Below, piece after piece: positions 57,383 to 64,000 of a stretch of DNA of 64,000 nucleotides. The DNA is taken from positions 620,001 to 684,000 of the forward strand of contig OZ237755.1 in the NCBI GenBank assembly GCA_965178125.1, given 5' to 3'. Made by a program: the position numbers and the translations under genes. The DNA comes from Bilabrum cf. latius (taxonomy: Eukaryota). A model generated the notes under the pieces. That model saw only the letters and a list, made by a program, of their open reading frames with translations, was not told where the DNA came from and did no database searches. Position 1 is the stretch's first letter, and each line of letters begins with the position of its first letter.

Positions 57383-58934
57383 TCACTTGGCGTCTGCCGC
57401 CGTGCCCTTCTCTGCCAGCTTCTTTGCCACGTCAAGGTCAATAGTGGACGTCCTCCCGTCCTCATACCAGCACACGTCGCCCCCGCTCGGCGCGCACCTG
57501 CACTTGTACATGGAGCGCACCGTGGCCAGCTCCATGCACGAATAGTCCTTCAGGCGGTACTTCTGGAACTCCTCCCACCCCTCCAGGATCTCCGTCGCCT
57601 CGACAGCGTGATAGAAAGGCATGTCGGAGAACATGTGGTGCACCACGTGGGAGTCGGAGATGTGGTGGAAGAGCTCATCCCTGAGCCAGCCCCAGGACCG
57701 GTCCACGGTCGCCAGAGCACCCCGCAGGAAGGTGAACTCGCCCTCGTGCCAGTGGGGCACGTACGTGTCAGTGTGCTGCAGCAGCGTGATGGAGATCAGG
57801 TAGGCGTTGCAGATCAGGTAGGGAACAACGTAGTAGGCCAGGACGGCTGTCGGGCCGACCATCACTGCCGCGGCGCAGAGCAATCCCACCGCCCCGAAGA
57901 ACCAGAGCACAGACTCGCGCACCTGTGCCTGCTCCCCCTTGGTGAAGAGGGCCGACGCCGCGTCGAAGTGGCTGTTGGGCTTGCCCTGGTACTTGGTGGG
58001 ACCCCACAGGTTGTACATGAGGTACAGGGGCCAGCCGAGCACTACGATCTGGATTGACATGAGCAGGGCTCCGATCGGACTGGTCTGGAATGCCTCATGG
58101 AGTGCATGGGACTCGTCGTGCCCCTTGCCCTTGTTCTCTTTCGCCTGCATCAGGGCCTCCTCGCTGCTGTACTCAGCGGGGATGTACACGGCGTCGTGCT
58201 CGACGCAGTTGGTGTACGAGTGATGGTGCGAGTGCGTGATCCTCCAGGAGTGGTAGGGAACGAGCAGGAAGGAGTGCAGGGCGTGCCCCACGGTGTTGTT
58301 GACCCACTGCGAGCTGGAAAAGGCGCGGTGCCCGCACTCGTGGGCGAGGATCCACATGCCCACGAACACGCATCCCTGGAGGTTCCTGCGAGCATTGTAC
58401 GAGGGATAGACACATGGCTGGCTGCGTGCTTGGGCTGGACTCCTCCTCTCTGAAACGAACATGCGCGTGTGGCGCGGCCAGCTGGAGTCCACGCTGCTTC
58501 GTATGAAGTGACAGGCATTGCCGCCATGCCCACGCAGTAGACGCAATACACTGACAGGCAGTGAAGATGTACCGGCACTTTATCCAAATCCTGTTCAGCT
58601 CAATGAACCCATTCATGTCAAGGACTTACCAGTACACCAGCCACAGAATGGGCTACAGCAACACGGGCGCCAGATCGATTTTGGAGGCCAGCAAACCAAG
58701 CACCACGGTAAGGGCAATATCTCTAGCCAAGTAACTAAGTGATGTCAGCATATTGGAGGCAAAAAAGTCCGTTTCCGGGCTATGCTCCTTAAGGTACCTC
58801 CGCACGTCAGCGAGAGTGAAGGGCGGCGGATCTACACACTGGGGGGAAGGCTACCACGGTTCGCTCTTCTACGGCTTATTGATTTGAACGGGATGCTTCT
58901 TGAGCTGATCATTTGCTTTCTTGCCAGCACCCAT
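57383..58934 (-). CDS. Delta-12/omega-6 fatty acid desaturase (FAD2-like), one intron 58386-58629
   Basis: MGAG start, PPPFTL, SLSYLARD, His boxes HECGH, HSHHH and HVVHH; phase-compatible GTAAGT...GCAG intron; three TAG in exon 1. Confidence 0.9.
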
Positions 58935-59129
58935 CTGCGTGTGGGTGAAACGGTAGCTCGAGGGAACCTGCTCGACTCAACAGAACGAAATCCACGCGAG
59001 TTAATGTTCACATCAAAGAATAAGAACGCTCTCACGATACAATTGAAGCTTAACTTTGTGAATATTAAACTTGTACGAGCAAAATGCCCTGCTGATTGTT
59101 GGAAGAGCAGCCGATAATTTTTGCAGAAC

Positions 59130-60447
59130 ATGAGCGAATCTTCATCTCTGGTTCGTTCACCTGGCACTTGTCACACCGATCCAGCTAACCCAGAATGGAT
59201 ATTTTCCCTTCCTGTAGCCATTATAAAGTCGTGGCCATTCGGGCTTATGGAAACTTCGTATAATGATGCTTTGCCTCAGAGACTTAGGCGAAGGCGAGGA
59301 AGACGCCCGGAACATCATGCGGTAGCTCCGTCGCAAATGTCTCGTTCCGCTGGATTTGACTTGAAGGACTCCAGGGCAGATGCTGCTAAAACAGAGCTCG
59401 ATTGGCGTGATTCTGGATATACTCGGTCGTCTGAAGCATCGCCAGGGTTCCCACTTCAGTATGAATGTGAGAAGAGCATTTGATTGTAACCCGGAACGCA
59501 TGCAGTGGCAAAACGAATCCCTCCAAACGTTCTTGAATCTGGTTTTTGCAGTCTTGGAGCACTCAGCGGATACTTAGTTGCACGTATACCATGCTTCGTT
59601 TCGTGGAATGCTAGAGTAGGCGTGCCTTGGCGTGTTTGGTCTCATGACGGACCCCAGCACCATACGGCTGCCTGCCGGCCCAGCTCACCCGGCCACTGAA
59701 AGCACAGCAGCTGACCAATCTGCAGATTCTGCAGAGAACTGCGCTAAGCGTGGAATACTTCGCATCCGCGCCGAAGCCCCGGACGTGCTGCTGCTCCTCT
59801 TCAAGGTCATGGACGAGTGCCTCTACGCTCAGTCTGGCTTGGGCCTCGTGGCGAGGGAGGCTAGGGTCGTCGCGATGGGGCACCCGTCAGGCGCACTTGA
59901 CTCCATGGAAAAGCCGGTGGTGGCGGGAACGGCTACTGGGGCTGAAACTGTGCCGGTCGCCGGCGAACAGGCAGCTGCATCCACAAGCAAGCCCACAAAG
60001 AGTGCCTCTGAAGAATCCGAGTCAGTGGCGCCTTGTAGCAGCACCTCCACAAGTTCCAGCGACTCCTCCACAGGGCAAGCCTTATGGTGGGCCGAGGTGG
60101 AGCTCCGCGGGGAGCAGCTTGACCTATCCAGGCACCCGCAAGGCACAGAGGTGAAAGCCATCACCTTCGCTCAAATGACCATTGTGCCTCCATCGTTGCC
60201 GGGTGCTTCCGCTGCCGCATCGGATGAATCAGCAGCAAGCGCTGGGGGCCCAAGGTATGGGACCGGAGCCGAGGGTGCCGGAGCCGCTGGCTCTCTAGAC
60301 GAAGCTGCCACACACCGCGTTCTTGGTGCAGATTATGCTGCAAAGCCTATTGGATCAGAAACCAGCTCCAAGGCAGCAGGCTCAGGGGAGGAGGGGCGGG
60401 CTGGCTGCGCTACCGACTGGCATGCTTTTGTAGTGTTAGACATATAA
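59130..60447 (+). CDS. Archease (RtcB cofactor), intron 59467-59551; start uncertain
   Basis: Spliced YEFLEHSADT*LH...LE*ACLGVFGLMTD, HPQGTEVKAIT and C-terminal FVVLDI; ends at TAA. Confidence 0.88.
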
Positions 60448-60574
60448 TGAGAACTGTGCTTCCTGAATACGTGCCCGAAGTATGCGACACAAATGGGTAG
60501 TACTAGATCTAGTCATTCAACCTATCAAATGTGACCAAAAAAAAGTCCTAATCCTTATCCTGATCCGATCCAAA

Positions 60575-63500
60575 TCAAGGGTCGAGCTCCTCCGACGACA
60601 TGCCATCGAGCCCGCCGTCAGCAGCCCCACCGCCTGCTGCACCGGCCGCTGCGGCTCCTCCGGCCCGGTCCAGGCGGGCCTGCGCCCTCGCCTGAATCTC
60701 GGTAGACCCGAGTAGCCTGGATCCGTCTGCCCTAAGCAGCCGGCCCAGCGCAGTGAGAGCAGCTTTACACCTGTCCTTGGCTGGAATCTGCCTCTGCACG
60801 CACATCTTGAGCTCGTCGAGCGTGGCAGGGGGGTTGTCGTCGGACTTGAACTGCTCAAACACCGCACTGAGCCTGTCCGCTTGCAGCGACTGGTCGCCTC
60901 TGCCTAGGTCCAGGCCAATGTCCGAGCCGCGGTAGTAGCCGTTGCCTGCTAGCTAGATCTAGCTCCTGAGAATGCGCTCCACGACTTCGAGGTGCCTGCC
61001 GTCCCTGTCCACGAGCAGCTCCCTCACATGCTTGTATCGACGGGCGAGTCGCACCACCAGCAGCGCAGCCTCCCTGGCAGCGTCCGGGTACTGCAGCTCG
61101 TCGTTCTTCATGGCGGTCATGAGCGGGTCTGCTGACTCATCCTCCTTGATCAGCGTTTCTCGCATCTGCCTGTTCTGTCCGGTGATGGCGACTTCCAGCC
61201 GAGCGGTGTGGTACTTGTCCTGGACCGCAAGAACCTGCTCCAGAGTCTCCGCGACGATGCCGACAGAATGGTAGTCCTGCTTCTCGTGCTAGGCCAACAG
61301 CACAGGCAGGATGGGTTGCAGCGATATGGTCGGGTCGTTCCAAACCACGTGCGCCGCAAGCTGAGGAATGGCGTCTCCGCCCGCTCCAATGATGATGCAC
61401 CTATTCCAGAACAGGTGGTTGGAAAGCACTGCCAAGCTCTCATCATCCACCGGTAGGAGCGGCCTCACGTAGCCTGGGCGTTCTTTCTCTTTCTGCGCAT
61501 CTAACTTCAAGCAGCTTGTGACCTCCTGGCGACCTTGCCTGGCTGCCTGCCTGTTGTGCTGATCAATGAGAGCCTGCCGGGCAAGGGACCTGCGGTGGTA
61601 CTCCAGATCCAGCTGATTCGGAAATTCGTGCCCGTAGGTGAGTAGCGTGGGAGGCGCAGCTGCTCCGGCGTTGGCCTGCGACGGTACCGTGCACGCTCGC
61701 ACGAGCGTGGACACGGCTCGCAGCAGCGGCCCGTACTTGGGCTGGTACGTCTTGATGCCCTGCGCTGCTGTGCGTGCCGCACTCTTCTAGAAACGCTTGT
61801 TGTCTCTAGAGATGATAGATTTGGGGCCCATGAACCAGTCGAATAGGATGGGTGCCGCACTGAGCTGGTCCAGCAGCCTGCGAGGCTCGGCGCCCATGTA
61901 CGCTGTGCGCTCGATCACCTCGTGGAACTGGTCGAAGTAGCGCCATGCCGGGATCATTGGCTCGCAGATCTTCTCGGAGAGCCAGAACTAGAGGAACAGC
62001 GCCGTTTCCGTGGTGTAGACTTTCTTCACGATCGTCTGCTTCACTTGCTTGCCTGTCTTGGGGTCCTTCACCTTGATCTCCTCGGGCACTTCCTGCTGGG
62101 CAAAGTACCTGGATTGCTCTGACTGTCGCAGCCTTGCGATGGACTGCACCACCAGCGAGGTGAATCCGCTGCGCACGTCCGGGTTGCTGACTCGGCCCCA
62201 CGCGTCCGTCGCGTACTGGGTGCCCTGGGGATCCTCGCGAATCCTCCTGAGGAACCACGACCCCGCTGGCGAGAAGCGACCGAACAGTCGCCGCAGAGGA
62301 CGGAAGAAGCCCCGCCCCTGCACCATGACGGTGGCGCTGCCGTGTACCAGCGCAAGCCGCGCAAATGCCGTGAGCCACTGGATGGTGCGCATGGCGTCGG
62401 CCTGGTATACCAGCGCGACGGCACCGTCAGGCCGCTCTGCACCGGAGCCCGAAGAGGCGGCAGCACCAGTAGCGGCTGCTCCAGATGTCCTGGCCGGGTG
62501 GTCGAACGGAAGCCCCGCAACGGCGTCGGGATCTTTCGCATCCCACGCGCGGAGTGAGAATGGGTCTGCCACGGCAGGCACAATGCCCTTGAGGCGCACG
62601 GCAGCACGGGCCACCCGCACCATGAACCGGGCGAGGTTGGGATCGAACACCTGCCGCTGCACCATCTGCAGCTGGTTTTGCTCCGCGATCGCCTTGGAAA
62701 GCATCGGCGAGGCGTGCCCCTCCCCGGTCTTTGGGTTGCTCGGCGCGAATGCTTCTTGCAGTGCAGTCTTAGTGCCATCAAGGCTGGCGTACTCCTTGGC
62801 GTCGAGCTCCCTCGCCTTGAGCTCCTGCTCCGATGGCGTGTACTCCTTGCCCTGCTGCGCTGCTTCGATCGCCTTCTTGTTGACCTCGTCGTCCTCGCCC
62901 TCCACCCTCTGGCGAACATTAAGGTGAGCGAACGACTTCCTCCTCTCATACACCAGCATGTAGGCGTTCTGGGAATTCTCCACCATCTCTTCGACGTACT
63001 TGCCATCCAGCCTCTGCCTCGTCTCTTTTCGTTTTCCGCCGAAGCACTCGTCTGGAATGCGGCTGGGATCGAACGGCGTCACGAGATTGTCGTTGAACTC
63101 CATCCACTCGCCTCTCCAGCTCTCCGCGCTGTCGTCGTCGGAGCTGCCACCGGCACCCGCTCCGCTGGCAGGCTGCCTAGGAGACGAGTCGCTTCCACCC
63201 TCCTCGCTGCCTGCGGCGACGACGGGCTCCTGCTTCTCGTCCTCCTCCTCGTCCTCCTCATCTGAGTCCGATTCGTCGTCATCGTCATCGTCCAGGTTCC
63301 CCTGCGTGGCAGCCATCAGCGCGCGCCGCAGCAGCTTTTGCCTCTCCTTTGCGGCCCGTTTCTTGCTCATGCCAGCGATCCCGCTCTTCTTCCTCTGCTC
63401 CGCCCTGAACTTGCTGCGGGCGCCCCTCTCACGGATGTACGAGTAGTAGTGCCCGCTGTCCGTAGTGCCCAGGTGCACGACAACGCCGACCAGATCGTAC

Positions 63501-64000
63501 TCGTAGTATTCCTGTGGCCTGCCCTCAGCCAAGCCCACGCCGTACGGCCGGGCGACCTTTGCGTCCTCTGCCAGTTCTTCAGGCGTTTTCTCTGCGCCTG
63601 AGCCCTCGCCTCCATCTCCGCCATCTGCTTCAGAAGCGTTGCCGGGAGCTTCCTTGTCGTCTTCGCGGTCTGCTTCCTTGGACTCTCCTGCGCCGGCACC
63701 CGCGGCCGCTGCATCTTCTGCGGTGGCCTTCGCCTTCTGCTGCATTTCGTTCTCCCATGCAACACCCTCGCGCGTGTAAGGCCACATGTCGAGCTGCTCC
63801 GGGAACTCGAAGCGGTCGTTCACCTTGATCGTCTCAAAGGTCGTGTAGTCCAGATCGAACCGCTTGAGGTGCAGCACCATCGTGTCGGGCAGCTGCGACA
63901 CGCAGCTTCGCTTGAGCACGGTCGTCTGCTCGGACTCGCCACCCTCCTCCTCTTCCCAGCGATACCCCTCCACCGGGTCACCTGCAGCAAGGCCGCCCAG
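60575..64000 (-). CDS. Ubiquitin-specific protease (USP9/24/34-like), 5' end outside window
   Basis: LHLKRF, GVVVHLGTTDSGHYYSYI, WMEFND, NAYMLVY. ORFs 61988, 61289, 60959 and 60575 share one frame; ends at TGA. Confidence 0.9.

Noticed and set aside
30768-64000. Host genes as mass pseudogenes with premature stops
   Set aside because: Interruptions are TAG only, frames are preserved and TAGs fall on conserved Gln sites; decay would also give TAA, TGA and frameshifts.

Overview
GC-rich protist nuclear DNA, resembling Cafeteria/bicosoecid genomes by its mobile elements (host identity is inference), interrupted by one complete AT-rich endogenous virophage (mavirus/EMALE-like). The provirus spans 6120-29634, with 1001-bp terminal inverted repeats (TIRs), TG...CA ends and a 5-bp CTAGC target-site duplication (TSD). 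It encodes MCP, penton, packaging ATPase, cysteine protease, rve integrase, tyrosine recombinase, AEP primase-SF2 helicase (no pPolB), lipase, two fibre-like proteins and a Pol-beta-type nucleotidyltransferase. Nested in one viral gene is an internally deleted Ngaro-type (DIRS/YR) retrotransposon, 13954-16565. The main finding is a non-standard host genetic code: TAG is a sense codon for Gln while TAA and TGA remain stops. Evidence includes Rab DTAG*ERF, archease HSADT*LH and LE*AC, and many TAG-terminated ORF fragments that join in frame into about 12 genes. The retrotransposon uses this recoded TAG, whereas the virophage genes contain TAG neither as stop nor as sense codon. Other points: perfect 68-bp terminal palindromes, an origin-like hairpin present three times, adenovirus pVI-like GG-amphipathic helices, and insertion of the provirus in a predicted host intron.
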